Source: an uncultured Gemmatimonadales bacterium (GTDB taxonomy: Bacteria; Gemmatimonadota; Gemmatimonadetes; Gemmatimonadales; GWC2-71-9). Taken from it: a stretch of 64,000 bases of DNA. The notes under the pieces were generated by a model, which did no database searches, was not told the origin of the DNA, and was given only the letters and a program-made list of their open reading frames with translations. Made by a program: the position numbers and the translations under genes. The DNA lies in contig CAVZZO010000001.1 of assembly GCA_963779755.1 (NCBI GenBank), positions 896,001 to 960,000 of the forward strand, in the 5' to 3' direction. Below, one piece after another: positions 47,185-57,121 of this stretch. Numbering within the stretch: position 1 is the stretch's first letter; each line of letters opens with the position of its first letter.

Positions 47185-47309
47185 AGGAATCAGGAGTCAG
47201 GAGTCAGGAGTCAGGGACCCAGTCCGCCTCCCTTGTCGCGGGGGCATGGTTGCGTAACGGGCCGGAGGGAGGCGCACCCTGAATCCTGAATCCTGATTCC
47301 TGTCCCCTG
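47185..47309. repeat. Inverted heptamer repeat pair (AGGAGTC / GAWTCCT)
   Basis: aggaatc aggagtc x3 ... cctgaat cctgaat cctgatt cctg. Confidence 0.85.
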
Positions 47310-47378
47310 TCATGAAGCAACCAATCCCGTGCCTACGGCATCTGACTACTTGAGCACTCTTGAGACAGGGATAGCACC

Positions 47379-47579
47379 ATGGTCATCCTCGCCAGCGACA
47401 CCAGCGGCCGGATCTTTCATCTATATGATGGGAAAGCGCACGACCTGGGCGAGGTCCGGCGGCCGACTACAGCATACCTGTTCGGCCGGGGCGGGGAAAC
47501 GGTGTACCTGTCCCGCAAAGTCCCGGCGCTGAAACGGGAGGTCATCGGGCAGGGGGAAAAGGGAAAGGGGAACGGGTGA
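47379..47579 (+). pseudogene. Possible C-terminal remnant of a propeller-type gene
   Basis: IFHLYDG...LGEV..P...LFGRGGETVYL resembles the last blade of the neighbouring propellers. Confidence 0.3.
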
Positions 47580-47623
47580 ACTGACACCCATTCCCCTTTG
47601 ACCGACTGCTGTTCCCGCCATTG

Positions 47624-48334
47624 TCAGCGCCGTACCGCGGTACTGTATTCCCCCCCGCCGGCCTCCGGATCCTGAACGTACCCCCACCGCCGCAGCCCCG
47701 CTTCGATAATCCACTCCCAGCCCACCCGCTGCTTCATGGCCGCGACCGTCAGGTCGAGGTAGCGCTGGAGCCAGACGGTGAGGGCGGCCGGTTCGTTGTC
47801 CATCCGCCCGTGCCAGTCGATGATCCGTGCGAGGTTGCGCCAGTCATGGCAGGTGAGCGGGCCGCTGGCCCGCAGCCGGCGGCTGATGGTGCTGGGAGGC
47901 ACCGGCCGGACCCGCTCGCTGTGCGGGTCATCGAGCTGGAAGCAGGTCTCCAGTACGCGGGCCACGCCGCTGGCGCCGATGCGCACCGCGGCATACCGCG
48001 CCAGCTCGGTCGGGCCGGGCGCCGGCCGGCGTTCGGTCGCCAGCCGGATAGCCTCGGGATCGAGACCCTGATCGCCGCCTCCGCCGACCGGCACCAGATG
48101 CGGCGGCAACTGGCCCAGGGCAGCCTCGGCCAGGCGAGACGGCTGTGGCGGCACCACGACAGCGATAGGGCACCAGGGCGCGCGGCTCCGCACCGCCACC
48201 GCCGCCTCCACCGCGGGCATCCCCAGGCGCAGATCGGCCAGCAGGATCGCCCCCAGGGGCGGGACGCCGTGGCCGACCGGTCTGATCGCCGCGTATGGCG
48301 GCTCGATCAGCAGTGCAGGGATGTTCATCGGCAT
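47624..48334 (-). CDS. Hypothetical protein with degenerate AraC-like HTH region
   Basis: STISRRLRASG...HDW..LAR; C-terminal GWEWIIE pattern resembles the ORFs at 59615 and 62307. Confidence 0.5.
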   Translation of the reverse strand: MPMNIPALLIEPPYAAIRPVGHGVPPLGAILLADLRLGMPAVEAAVAVRSRAPWCPIAVVVPPQPSRLAEAALGQLPPHLVPVGGGGDQGLDPEAIRLATERRPAPGPTELARYAAVRIGASGVARVLETCFQLDDPHSERVRPVPPSTISRRLRASGPLTCHDWRNLARIIDWHGRMDNEPAALTVWLQRYLDLTVAAMKQRVGWEWIIEAGLRRWGYVQDPEAGGGEYSTAVRR

Positions 48335-48347
48335 GACCAGTCGTTCA

Positions 48348-48363
48348 TGCAAGGAAGCTGCCA
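48348..48363 (-). promoter_or_regulatory. Putative sigma-54 (-24/-12) promoter
   Basis: TGGCAGCTTCCTTGCA = GG-N10-GC, just upstream of ATG 48334. Confidence 0.4.
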
Positions 48364-48416
48364 GCAGGCGCCCTTGCGGGTCAAGCCGGCGTCGGCCGGT
48401 GGTTACCTTGTGTGGT

Positions 48417-49691
48417 ATGCACGTACGCGCGTTTCTGTTTTCGCTGCTCGGGTTTCTGTCAGCTCCCGCCCTGCTGTCAGCCCAGGCTGCCCCTACCGCC
48501 CCCGAAGCTCTGCGCGTCTTTCTCGACTGTCCGGATTACCACTGTGACCGGGACTACCTGCGGACCGAGATCACCTTCGTGAACTGGGTGCGTGACCGGG
48601 ACGTCGCGCAGGTCCACGTCCTGGTCACCACGGAGCACAACGGCGGCGGCGGCCGGAAGTTCACCCTGCGTTTCATCGGTCGTGGCGCGTTCGAGGGGCT
48701 GAGCCAGACGCTCGGCTTCGATTCGCGCGAGACCCAGACGGACGACGAAGTCCGGGCCATCTTTGCCCGCACGCTGAAGCTGGGGCTGGTGCCCTTCCTG
48801 GCGCGGACGCCGATGGCGGGCGATCTCACCATCGGCTACGAGGCGCCCGCCGGCGCGCCGGCGATCATTCCCCTGCACGACCCGTGGGACTACTGGGTCT
48901 TCCGGGCCCGGCTCAACGGCAATGTGACCGGCGAGCAGGCGCAGTCCACCTACCATGTGCACGGGTCGCTGGGCGCCAACCGCACCACCGAAGCGCTGAA
49001 GCTGGAATTCTCGGTGGATGGGAGCTATACCCATGACCGCTACGACCTGGACTCGGTCACGACCTTCGTGGATGTCTCGCAGAACTACGGCGCCGATGCC
49101 CTGGTGGCGGCCAGCCTGGGGCCGCACTGGTCGCTGGGCGGCGTCGCCGAGGTAAGCCGGTCCACCTACCGCAACCTGGATTTCGCGCTGCGGGCGGGCC
49201 CGGCGGTCGAATGGGATCTGTTCCCCTATTCCGAGTCTACCCGGCGCCAGTTGAGCATCCTCTATTCCATCGGTGTGGATGCCATCAACTACAATGAGGT
49301 CACCCTGTTCGGCGAGACATCGCAGCTGCTGGCCGACGAGCAGCTGACCGTCTCGCTGGACGTCAAGCAGCCCTGGGGCACCGCGCGCCTCTCCGTCCTG
49401 GGCTCCCACTTCTTCCACGATTTCGGCAAGAACCGGGTCGACCTCTACGGCGAGATGGACATCCGGCTCTACCAGGGGCTCTCCTTCAGCGTCTACGGCG
49501 AAGTCTCCCGCGTCCGCGACCAGCTGTATCTCCCCGCCGCGGGCGCCAGCCCGGAGGAGATTCTGCTCCAGCGCCGGGCGCTGGCGACCAACTACCAGTA
49601 CGATCTGTCGGTGGGGTTTACCTATACCTTCGGGTCGATCTTCAATAATGTGGTGAATCCGCGGTTCGGGGAAACCGGAGGGTTGTTCTGA
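48417..49691 (+). CDS. Hypothetical outer-membrane beta-barrel protein
   Basis: Signal peptide; VFLDC...CD domain; amphipathic strands; YTFGSIFNNVVNPRF C-terminus. Confidence 0.75.
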   Translation: MHVRAFLFSLLGFLSAPALLSAQAAPTAPEALRVFLDCPDYHCDRDYLRTEITFVNWVRDRDVAQVHVLVTTEHNGGGGRKFTLRFIGRGAFEGLSQTLGFDSRETQTDDEVRAIFARTLKLGLVPFLARTPMAGDLTIGYEAPAGAPAIIPLHDPWDYWVFRARLNGNVTGEQAQSTYHVHGSLGANRTTEALKLEFSVDGSYTHDRYDLDSVTTFVDVSQNYGADALVAASLGPHWSLGGVAEVSRSTYRNLDFALRAGPAVEWDLFPYSESTRRQLSILYSIGVDAINYNEVTLFGETSQLLADEQLTVSLDVKQPWGTARLSVLGSHFFHDFGKNRVDLYGEMDIRLYQGLSFSVYGEVSRVRDQLYLPAAGASPEEILLQRRALATNYQYDLSVGFTYTFGSIFNNVVNPRFGETGGLF

Positions 49692-49936
49692 GCCGGCAGC
49701 GGTTCGAGCGGGGCCGGTTCACAGAAATACATTGACAACGGTGCTCCCGGATTCAGCGGGAGATGCACCGGACTCGAACGGCATACAGCGGGTAGAGGTG
49801 TATCGCATCAGGAAGTGAACCGGTGAACTTTCGCTCATATCCCCATTCTTTGTCACGGCGACGGGTCCAGATGACCGATGCGTGTGACTGCGCTCCAGGG
49901 TGCACGGCGAGCACCCGTTCCCGTGGCCGAGGCCGC

Positions 49937-51097
49937 ATGCGCTTCCGATCTCTCCTTGTGTTCACCGTCCTCTTCGCCGCTTGCCAGGCGGATGCCAGCT
50001 CGGGTACCGGCTGGGCCGGCACCATTGATACTCTGCCGGGGGGCATCCCGATGGTGAAGAATCCCGATCGCGGCCTCTGGAAGCCGGGCGAGGCGTGGCG
50101 GGTCGTCGAAGAGGCGAGGATCGGCACGGAGTCGGGGGACGGACCGGCCTCGTTCTCTCAGATCCGTGCCTTCGAGGTCGATCGGGCGGGCCGCATATAT
50201 GTGCTCGACAGCGAGGCTCAGGAGATCCGGGTGTTCGACAGCACCGGCGCCTGGGTGCGCACCATCGGCCGGAAGGGCGGTGGGCCGGGGGAGTTCAAGC
50301 AGGCCATCGGGATGAGATGGGATCCGGCCGGACGGCTCTGGGTGGTGGACCAGGCCAACGGGCGATTCAGCCTGTTTGACACCGCTGGTACGCTGCTGAC
50401 CTCGTACACCCGCCTGACCAACGGGGTCTTCACCTGGGACTGGGGCGGGAGCTTTGTCCCGGGCCACGGCCTGGTGGATATCGCCTATTCCCCGGGCATG
50501 GAGCGGCAGGCACTCGTCCTTCTGGATTCTGCCGCCCGAGCAACGCCCGACACGTTCCCCGTTCGCCGGTTTGATGCCCCCGCGTTCGAGATTTCCGACA
50601 AGAACCGCCATATCAGTGCGAACATTCCGTTTGCGCCGGCTCTCGATTGGCTCATCGGTCCAGCGGGGGATTTCTGGTATGGCATTTCAGATTCGTACCG
50701 CATCGTCCACCGGCGGCTGGAGGGTGATACCCTGCGGATCATCGAAAAGGCGTGGACCCCCGTCCGGGTAACGCAGGCCGAGCGAGATACGGCGCTCCAG
50801 CGGTACGAATGGTTTACCCGGCAGGGCGGCACGGTTGACGCCTCCAGAATTCCAGACACCAAGCCGGCGTTCGAACGTCTGACGGTTGATGATCGAGGGG
50901 ACCTCTGGGTCCGTCCCGGTGGGGCGCCCGCGGGGCTTTACGACGTATTCGATCCGGAAGGCAGGTATCTGGGGGTGGTGCATGCCGGGGTCAACCTGAA
51001 GTATCAGCGGCCGCTGATCCGGGGCGATCACCTGTATGCGGCCGTGGTAGACACACTCGGTGTTCCCTATATGGTCGAGGCCCGCATCGAGCGCTGA
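49937..51097 (+). CDS. 6-bladed beta-propeller (NHL-like) lipoprotein
   Basis: Lipobox FAAC; GRIYVLD, TIGRKGGGPGEF, YDVFDPEGRYLG. Confidence 0.88.
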   Translation: MRFRSLLVFTVLFAACQADASSGTGWAGTIDTLPGGIPMVKNPDRGLWKPGEAWRVVEEARIGTESGDGPASFSQIRAFEVDRAGRIYVLDSEAQEIRVFDSTGAWVRTIGRKGGGPGEFKQAIGMRWDPAGRLWVVDQANGRFSLFDTAGTLLTSYTRLTNGVFTWDWGGSFVPGHGLVDIAYSPGMERQALVLLDSAARATPDTFPVRRFDAPAFEISDKNRHISANIPFAPALDWLIGPAGDFWYGISDSYRIVHRRLEGDTLRIIEKAWTPVRVTQAERDTALQRYEWFTRQGGTVDASRIPDTKPAFERLTVDDRGDLWVRPGGAPAGLYDVFDPEGRYLGVVHAGVNLKYQRPLIRGDHLYAAVVDTLGVPYMVEARIER

Positions 51098-51106
51098 AGC
51101 AGATGC

Positions 51107-51420
51107 TTACCCATCCATGCCGAGAAAGAATCTCGCCAGCTCCAGCACCAGCGGCTTGCCGGCACCTGCCGGAATCCACGCCAGGTCCTCCGCAATTTCC
51201 GGCCGGCTTTCCCCTGCCGCCCGGGCTCCATCAGCCGTGCGTCGAGGTCCACGATCCAGTACTCGATGCCCCGCTCCTGAAACAGCCGGGGTTTGATCAG
51301 CCGGTCATGCCGCGCCGTGGCGGGCGAGAGCACCTCGATCGCCAGCAGGAGCGTAGCGACCTCCGACCAGTGCCGAGGTGGTGGCCCGGGAGGCAGCACG
51401 AACAGGTCTGGCTGGACCAG
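51107..51420 (-). pseudogene. Uma2-family endonuclease fragment (5'-truncated, frameshifted)
   Basis: VQPDLFV..LLAIEVLSP..RHDR..K..EYWIVD, very similar to the gene at 58049; frameshift near 51225. Confidence 0.85.
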
Positions 51421-51457
51421 CTGTGAAGGCACTCTCCCGAAGGGCCTGGACAGGAGC

Positions 51458-51904
51458 TCAGCTGCTGCTCGCCCGGGCAGTGGCCGCTACCCAGCCCCGC
51501 CTGGAGGTAATCCGGTTGTGGCGTGTGAGAATGGGTCGGTCGTCTACCAGGCCGGAAATGTCCTGGAACCGGGCGACTACGGTAACCCCGGTATTTCCGC
51601 AGAAGCTTGCCGCCGCCAGAAAGGCTCCATCCGACCGGTAGATCTCTGCCAGCCAGCACACGTCCTGCATGCAATCTGAGGCATCCCAGGTCCGGCGGCA
51701 GGAATCCAGCGGCTCGTCGCTTCCCACGCACATCCAGCGGATGTCATATGACCAGGGGCCCCAGTAGGGCAGGCAGACGGTGCCGCAGGCCTGACCGCCG
51801 GAGGTGGCCTGTCCTGATGCTGTCTGTGCCTGAACCGGCACACTGGCGATGAGCATCGTACAGGCGAGTACCACCGGCACCCCCATCACGGTTCTCATAT
51901 GCAC
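51458..51904 (-). CDS. Cys-rich secreted hypothetical protein
   Basis: GAGG RBS; signal peptide ending VQA-Q; seven Cys in the mature part. Confidence 0.65.
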   Translation of the reverse strand: MHMRTVMGVPVVLACTMLIASVPVQAQTASGQATSGGQACGTVCLPYWGPWSYDIRWMCVGSDEPLDSCRRTWDASDCMQDVCWLAEIYRSDGAFLAAASFCGNTGVTVVARFQDISGLVDDRPILTRHNRITSRRGWVAATARASSS

Positions 51905-51928
51905 CTCGCTTGAGGGAGTGGGACCAGT

Positions 51929-52978
51929 TCACCGGCTTATGGCGAGCTTCAACCGGTACAGCATTACGTCGGCATCCGGCTGACCCAGACACCAGAGGGT
52001 TCGGTTCACCTGGTCGAATGTCAGGCAGGCACCGATCTCCGGGGGGAGCCGAACGGTGCTTACGATGCCCTGGTTCCGCACGACAAGATCCAGGAGGACG
52101 GCCTCAGGCGTCAGCCGGCCTGTGAGGTATCGCCCAGCGGACAGCAGATAGGGCGTCTGCATGATTGTCACCCGGGCAGCGTGATTGATCCGGACGTGGA
52201 TGCCCCCGCTGTCGCCCGGGGCAATCTGGAAGAGGTCCTCCGGTCCCGACCGGAAGACCATCGGGACCACGACAGAATCCAGAACCTGACCTTCCGGCCG
52301 GTAGGCATAGATCAGGTAGGGCTGCTTCGGTGCGTAGATCAACGCATTGTCCGGACTGCGCGACATTGACCCCGCACCCCAGTACCGGAGAACGGCGGCA
52401 AGACGGACCGGCGTGAGCGGGCCGAACGAAGCAAGGTGCTTCATGGACCAGGTGAACAGGTGGACACCGAAATTCCGGCCGGGCCAATCGGTCTGGGCCA
52501 CTCCGGCAACGGCGACACGACGCCCGGAGAGCCCGAGGACGCGGTCAACTTGGGCGAAGCCGTAGGGAAGGCGGGTGCGACTGAGAAAGACGCCTGCCGA
52601 ATCGAAGTAGGAGATCTCGCGTGTGGCTACGTCATAGACCAGCAACTCCCCTTCAGGGGAGACGCTCAGCCGATAGGCGCCGCGAAATTCGCCCGGCCCC
52701 TCGCCCGAACGGCCGATGACCCGCAGTACAGGGCCCTGCTGGCTCAGGTGGACGACGCGGGCATTGCTGAAATCGGCCAGGTACAGTGATCCGTCGGGGG
52801 CCACCGCGGCATCCGCGATTTCGCCAATCGTGGGATAGGGACCAAGACTGTCAGTCCGGGTGACCCTCAGTTGCGCTGCCAGAGAGGAGCAGGCACAGAG
52901 CGCCGTCACCAAAGCAGCAAGCGACAGGACGGAACCTTTCCGAGTCCAGCGGGAAAGTCGGTTCAGGAGGTGAGCCAT
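51929..52978 (-). CDS. 6-bladed beta-propeller, secreted
   Basis: DGSLYLAD, VIGRSGEGPGEF; signal peptide. Confidence 0.82.
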   Translation of the reverse strand: MAHLLNRLSRWTRKGSVLSLAALVTALCACSSLAAQLRVTRTDSLGPYPTIGEIADAAVAPDGSLYLADFSNARVVHLSQQGPVLRVIGRSGEGPGEFRGAYRLSVSPEGELLVYDVATREISYFDSAGVFLSRTRLPYGFAQVDRVLGLSGRRVAVAGVAQTDWPGRNFGVHLFTWSMKHLASFGPLTPVRLAAVLRYWGAGSMSRSPDNALIYAPKQPYLIYAYRPEGQVLDSVVVPMVFRSGPEDLFQIAPGDSGGIHVRINHAARVTIMQTPYLLSAGRYLTGRLTPEAVLLDLVVRNQGIVSTVRLPPEIGACLTFDQVNRTLWCLGQPDADVMLYRLKLAISR

Positions 52979-53030
52979 CAGGAATACTAGGGAGTTGCCT
53001 TCAACCAGGTGTCAACTCTTGCAATAGGAA

Positions 53031-54107
53031 TCAGTTGCGCAGACCGGGTTCGATAACCAGGAGCCTGATCCCGCCGGATTCAGCCTCCTGCATTTCAACC
53101 AGCGCTCCGGTAAAGGCGCCCAGCGGTGCCGGGTACCGCCGGGTGGAGATCACCCGTCCGCTGGAGGCGTCGAGCACTTCGATGATCCCATCCAGCATGG
53201 CGGCGTAGTCGTTCGGGCCAGGAAGCGAGTTTCCTGCCTGCGTGGGCGCATGCCACGGCTTCCACTGGCGGTCGGGAACCGATGCGACCACCCAGAGATG
53301 ATCCTCATCGTCCAGCCAGATTCCGCTGATCCGCGGCTCCGGGCGTTCGGCGAACGCATCCTTCTCGGCCACGGATGTTCGCGGCTCTTCATCCTTGAAC
53401 CAGGGCGATCCGGGGGCAATCACGCTGAGCCGCATTCCGTCCGCGCCCCAGTGCGAGAACTGGTAGGCGCCGGTCCTCCGCGCGCTCCAGAAGCCGCCCC
53501 GGCCGTCGGAGGCCATGACGTACTGCAGCTGGTCAGGGTCTGCGCTGGTGCTGTCGCCGGCGGTGGCCACGCTGTCGAAGTTCGGGCTGAAGATCTGAAA
53601 CGGCCGGCCCGGGATGGTATAGGTGTTGACCACCACTCCGCCGTCCGCGAGGCTCGCGATGCCGGAGGCGCGGCTCGCCAGCGGCACGGTTCGGACAAAG
53701 CGCAGATCGGGTGCCAGGACGGTGAGCCGTTCCGTCAGCACCACCACCGATCCATCAGACCGAATGGCCAGATCCCTGATGTGGCGGAACTCGCCCGGGC
53801 CATCGCCTGCCCGTCCGACAGGTGCCAGCGCCAGACCGGCGGAATCGTACCGGGCGATCTGCGACAGGTCGCCCGCCGGCGCGACCAGATAGTCGCCCTG
53901 CCTGAAAGGATGCGGGGCGGAGAAGAGCCGCAGCTGCGCGGGATCGTCGTCCCGGCCCAGGACCACCCGGGCATGCAGCTGGATGCGGCAGCTGTCGCAG
54001 GCAAGTGATCGAGACTCGGCGGTGTCAGTCCCCGGCCCTCTGCTCCCCCGGCCACAGGCGGCAACAAGCAGGCAGATAGCCAGGCTGAGCTGAAGGTGTG
54101 GGCTCAC
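53031..54107 (-). CDS. 6-bladed beta-propeller lipoprotein
   Basis: Lipobox VAAC; CDSC, VGRAGDGPGEF, D..LWV, D.IIEVLD. Confidence 0.82.
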   Translation of the reverse strand: MSPHLQLSLAICLLVAACGRGSRGPGTDTAESRSLACDSCRIQLHARVVLGRDDDPAQLRLFSAPHPFRQGDYLVAPAGDLSQIARYDSAGLALAPVGRAGDGPGEFRHIRDLAIRSDGSVVVLTERLTVLAPDLRFVRTVPLASRASGIASLADGGVVVNTYTIPGRPFQIFSPNFDSVATAGDSTSADPDQLQYVMASDGRGGFWSARRTGAYQFSHWGADGMRLSVIAPGSPWFKDEEPRTSVAEKDAFAERPEPRISGIWLDDEDHLWVVASVPDRQWKPWHAPTQAGNSLPGPNDYAAMLDGIIEVLDASSGRVISTRRYPAPLGAFTGALVEMQEAESGGIRLLVIEPGLRN

Positions 54108-54140
54108 GCCGTAGTCCCGGTCAATCTCATGGCTGCATCA

Positions 54141-54319
54141 GGAATCCACAGATGACAGATGACACAGATGATGTCTGCGTGTCTTTGCTGGCTCCGCCAA
54201 GGGCCCGCCCAGGAACCCACAAGAACACCCCTCTTGTCTTGTGGTAGAACCGGCGACGCTCCGCGGGGCTTCGCCGGGATTGAGAATCATCTGTGTAATC
54301 TGTGTAATCTGTGGATTCC
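54141..54319. repeat. Inverted nonamer repeat pair (CACAGATGA / AATCTGTGT)
   Basis: ggaatccacagat..cacagatgat ... atcatctgtgt aatctgtgt aatctgtggattcc. Confidence 0.85.
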
Positions 54320-54347
54320 TCATGAATCCATCCGGGTCCCGGAACCT

Positions 54348-55721
54348 GGTGCCGTCCCGATTCGTGTAGAAAATTGAAATGGCGTATGCTTCCGGGATGA
54401 TCGAACCCCGATCCGCCGAAGTGCGGATCTAACCCGGAGGCATACGCCATGAGAGAAGTTACGGCCACGGAGCAGGGGTGGGAAGCACTGGTCGGGGCGG
54501 ACCCGCTGACGGCGGCCCTGCGCCGCGAAGCGCGGCGCTGGATTGAGCGCATGTTGCACGAGGAATTGGCGGCCGTCTTGGGCAGCGGCCGGCATGAGCG
54601 GACCGCCGCCCGGCAGGGATATCGGCACGGCACCCGGCGGCGGCGGGTGACGACCAGCCTGGGCCCCGTGGATCTCGCCATCCCGCGAGGGCGGGTGCAG
54701 GCGGGCGCCGAGCTGCGGGAATGGCAGAGCGGGCTGCTGCCGCGGTACGCGCGCCGAGCCCGGGCGGTGGATGCGGCGCTGGTCGGCTTCTACTGCGGGG
54801 GCGGCAATCAGCGGCGGCTCGCCCGGGCGCTCCGCTCGCTGCTGGCCGACGGTCCCGCCTCGCGGAGCACGGTCTCGCGCGTCGTGCGGGGGCTGCGGCA
54901 GGGCTACGAGGCGTGGCGCGAGCGCCCCCTGGGGGAGTTGGGGGTGCAGTATCTCTATCTGGATGCGATCCACCTGCATGTGCGGGTGCTCAAGCGGGTC
55001 GAGCCGCTCCCGGTCCAGGTGGCGGTCGGGGTGCGGCCCGACGGGCAGAAGGTGCTGCTGGATCTCCGGCTCTACGTCGCGGAGAGCGCCGCGGCCTGGG
55101 GCGACTTCGTGCGCGGGCTGGTGGAGCGCGGCCTGGTCGCGCCGGCGCTGGTGATCACCGACGGCAGCAAGGGTCTGCGCCGGGCGCTGAGCGAGATCTG
55201 GCCGCAGGCTGCGGTGCAGCGCTGCACGGTGCATAAGCTGCGCAACCTGGCGGCCCACTGCCCGCAGCGGCTCTATCCGGCCGGCAAGCGCGACTACCAC
55301 GCCATCGTGTATGCCGCCGATGCGGAGGCGGCGCGGCGGGCCTGGGGGCGGTTTACCCGCCGCTGGGGCCGGGAGCTGCCGGGGGTGGTGGCGAGCCTGG
55401 AGGAGGCGGGCGAGGAGCTGCTCACGTTCTATCGCCTGCCGAAGGCGCAGTGGAAGAGCCTCCGCACGACGAATATCGTCGAGCGCGTGCTGGAGGAGGT
55501 GCGACGGCGAGTCAAAACGCAGGGATCGTTGCCCAGCACCGAGGCCGTCCTGGTGCTCGGCTACGGTCTGATCGCGACGGGGCAACTGCCCTTGCGGCGG
55601 ATTGCCGGCTGGCGAACCTTGCCCCGTGTCAGTAACCGTCAAGCGGCTGCATGAGCGCCTGACACGCTTGGAGGCCCGGAGACAGCGCCCATTGATTTTC
55701 TACACAACTCGGGACACGACC
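54348..55721 (+). mobile_element. IS256-family insertion sequence, intact
   Basis: Imperfect IRs GGTGCCGTCCCGATTCGTGTAGAAAAT / ATTTTCTACACAACTCGGGACACGACC; 8-bp TSD CGGAACCT at 54340-54347 and 55722-55729. Confidence 0.93.
54449..55654 (+). CDS. IS256 (Mutator-type) transposase
   Basis: YLDAI, ITDGSKGL, QRCTVHKLRN, RTTNIVER..EEVRRR. Confidence 0.95.
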   Translation: MREVTATEQGWEALVGADPLTAALRREARRWIERMLHEELAAVLGSGRHERTAARQGYRHGTRRRRVTTSLGPVDLAIPRGRVQAGAELREWQSGLLPRYARRARAVDAALVGFYCGGGNQRRLARALRSLLADGPASRSTVSRVVRGLRQGYEAWRERPLGELGVQYLYLDAIHLHVRVLKRVEPLPVQVAVGVRPDGQKVLLDLRLYVAESAAAWGDFVRGLVERGLVAPALVITDGSKGLRRALSEIWPQAAVQRCTVHKLRNLAAHCPQRLYPAGKRDYHAIVYAADAEAARRAWGRFTRRWGRELPGVVASLEEAGEELLTFYRLPKAQWKSLRTTNIVERVLEEVRRRVKTQGSLPSTEAVLVLGYGLIATGQLPLRRIAGWRTLPRVSNRQAAA

Positions 55722-56916
55722 CGGAACCTTGGGGAACCTGGTCACGGTGATACCGGTACTCTGTCACGAACTCCTGCCCGGTGGAGTCGGCCAGCGCGCC
55801 GAGTATGTAGTCATCCCCGATCTCGAAGAGCCGCATCTCGGCCGGCAGCTGGAGTGTCGCCAGACTGTCACCGGCCGGTGAATAGACCCGGACGGCCGTC
55901 GAGTCGTCGCCCGGGACGGTCGTGACCACCCACAGGTCCCCGTCGGGGTCGGTGAGCAGGGCAGTGTAGGGGGGCAGATGCTCCGGCATCTTCGTCAGTG
56001 CCAGCATCATCTTCTTGATCATGGCCCGGTCCGCCGGGGCGCCGGCCATGGTATTCAGCATCTGATCGATGGCGCGATCGAAGTGATGCGCCGTGGCCGG
56101 CCGAAGGGCGCCGCCAATCCGGATGCTTCCCGTCCGGTTGGCCTTGAGATCGTACTCGTCCACCCAGGCGGAATCTCCGGTGCCGACATACAGCCGGTCC
56201 TCGCTCAGGGCGAGCCGGGTGATGGTGCCCAGCGGGCTGCTCTGTCCCAGATAGACTTCCGGCAGACCCGCCAGACTGTCGCCTTGGGCGTTCGCCACGA
56301 TAACCCGGCTGAAGACGCGCTGTGCTCCCATGGCCTCAGGCGCCTGACCCGGGCTCGTCATCATGGCGAAGGTGCCCGCACGGGAGCACGTGAGGTTGAC
56401 CGGGAGTGGGGGGGCTGGGAGATCTCCCTCGCGAACCAGCTTGCCATGTGAATCGAACTGCGCCAGTGTGGCCCGACCTGCATCCCAGGTGTACACGCCG
56501 TCCCCTCCGCACTGGCCCAGCCAGCCCAGGACCTGGAATTCACCGGGACCACCCCCGTGGCGGCCGGCGGACCAGACCGGCTGTCCCGATGCGTTGAACG
56601 CCTTGATGGACTGCTCGTGCCCGCCGTAGCCGTCGGCAACGACGACCGTTCCGTCGGGGAGCCTGGTCGCGCCCACCACGTGGGTAAGGAGCTCCTCCTC
56701 ATCGGCCCGCGAACGCGGAATCGTGACCAGCGGAGTATCGTCCAGCACGAGAGCCCTGGTGACGGCCGCCTGATTCCCTGTACCCGATGATGCGGCCGGC
56801 TTTTTCACTTCTCCGGCACACCCCGCGAGCCCGGCACCCACGAAGAATGCGAATGCTGCGTACAACCGTACAGCAGATGCCTGCCTCGGGGTAAGTCTCG
56901 ACTCTTGCGTCCGCAT
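55639..56916 (-). CDS. 6-bladed beta-propeller lipoprotein; C-terminus replaced by IS256 sequence
   Basis: Lipobox LAGC; AGRHGGGPGEF, DPDGDLWV, EIGDDYILG. Confidence 0.85.
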   Translation of the reverse strand: MRTQESRLTPRQASAVRLYAAFAFFVGAGLAGCAGEVKKPAASSGTGNQAAVTRALVLDDTPLVTIPRSRADEEELLTHVVGATRLPDGTVVVADGYGGHEQSIKAFNASGQPVWSAGRHGGGPGEFQVLGWLGQCGGDGVYTWDAGRATLAQFDSHGKLVREGDLPAPPLPVNLTCSRAGTFAMMTSPGQAPEAMGAQRVFSRVIVANAQGDSLAGLPEVYLGQSSPLGTITRLALSEDRLYVGTGDSAWVDEYDLKANRTGSIRIGGALRPATAHHFDRAIDQMLNTMAGAPADRAMIKKMMLALTKMPEHLPPYTALLTDPDGDLWVVTTVPGDDSTAVRVYSPAGDSLATLQLPAEMRLFEIGDDYILGALADSTGQEFVTEYRYHRDQVPQGSGSCPELCRKSMGAVSGPPSVSGAHAAA

Positions 56917-56989
56917 GGTGGCCTCGTGAGCGAGGGCGGGGAGGGATGGGTTCCGGCTAACCTACCCCCTGGTTGTCCCACCGCAACCA

Positions 56990-57038
56990 TCGGCTGAAGC
57001 CGAGTCTCGGGGCAAGGCTTTTTCACTGAAGTGAAGCA
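56990..57038 (+). repeat. REP-like double hairpin, copy 1
   Basis: TCGGC-TGAA-GCCGA GTCTCG ... TTCAC-TGAA-GTGAA GCA. Confidence 0.85.
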
Positions 57039-57121
57039 GAGTTGCCGACAGGTGCGTGGATATGTGCCACATGGCGGATTCCGGGTGACATTCCCTCAGG
57101 GAGTTTTCCCGATATTGGTCC

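Noticed and set aside
49692..49936. Riboswitch/ncRNA or sigma-70 promoter in the leader
   Set aside because: TTGACA has no properly spaced -10 element, and no recognisable RNA family motif was found
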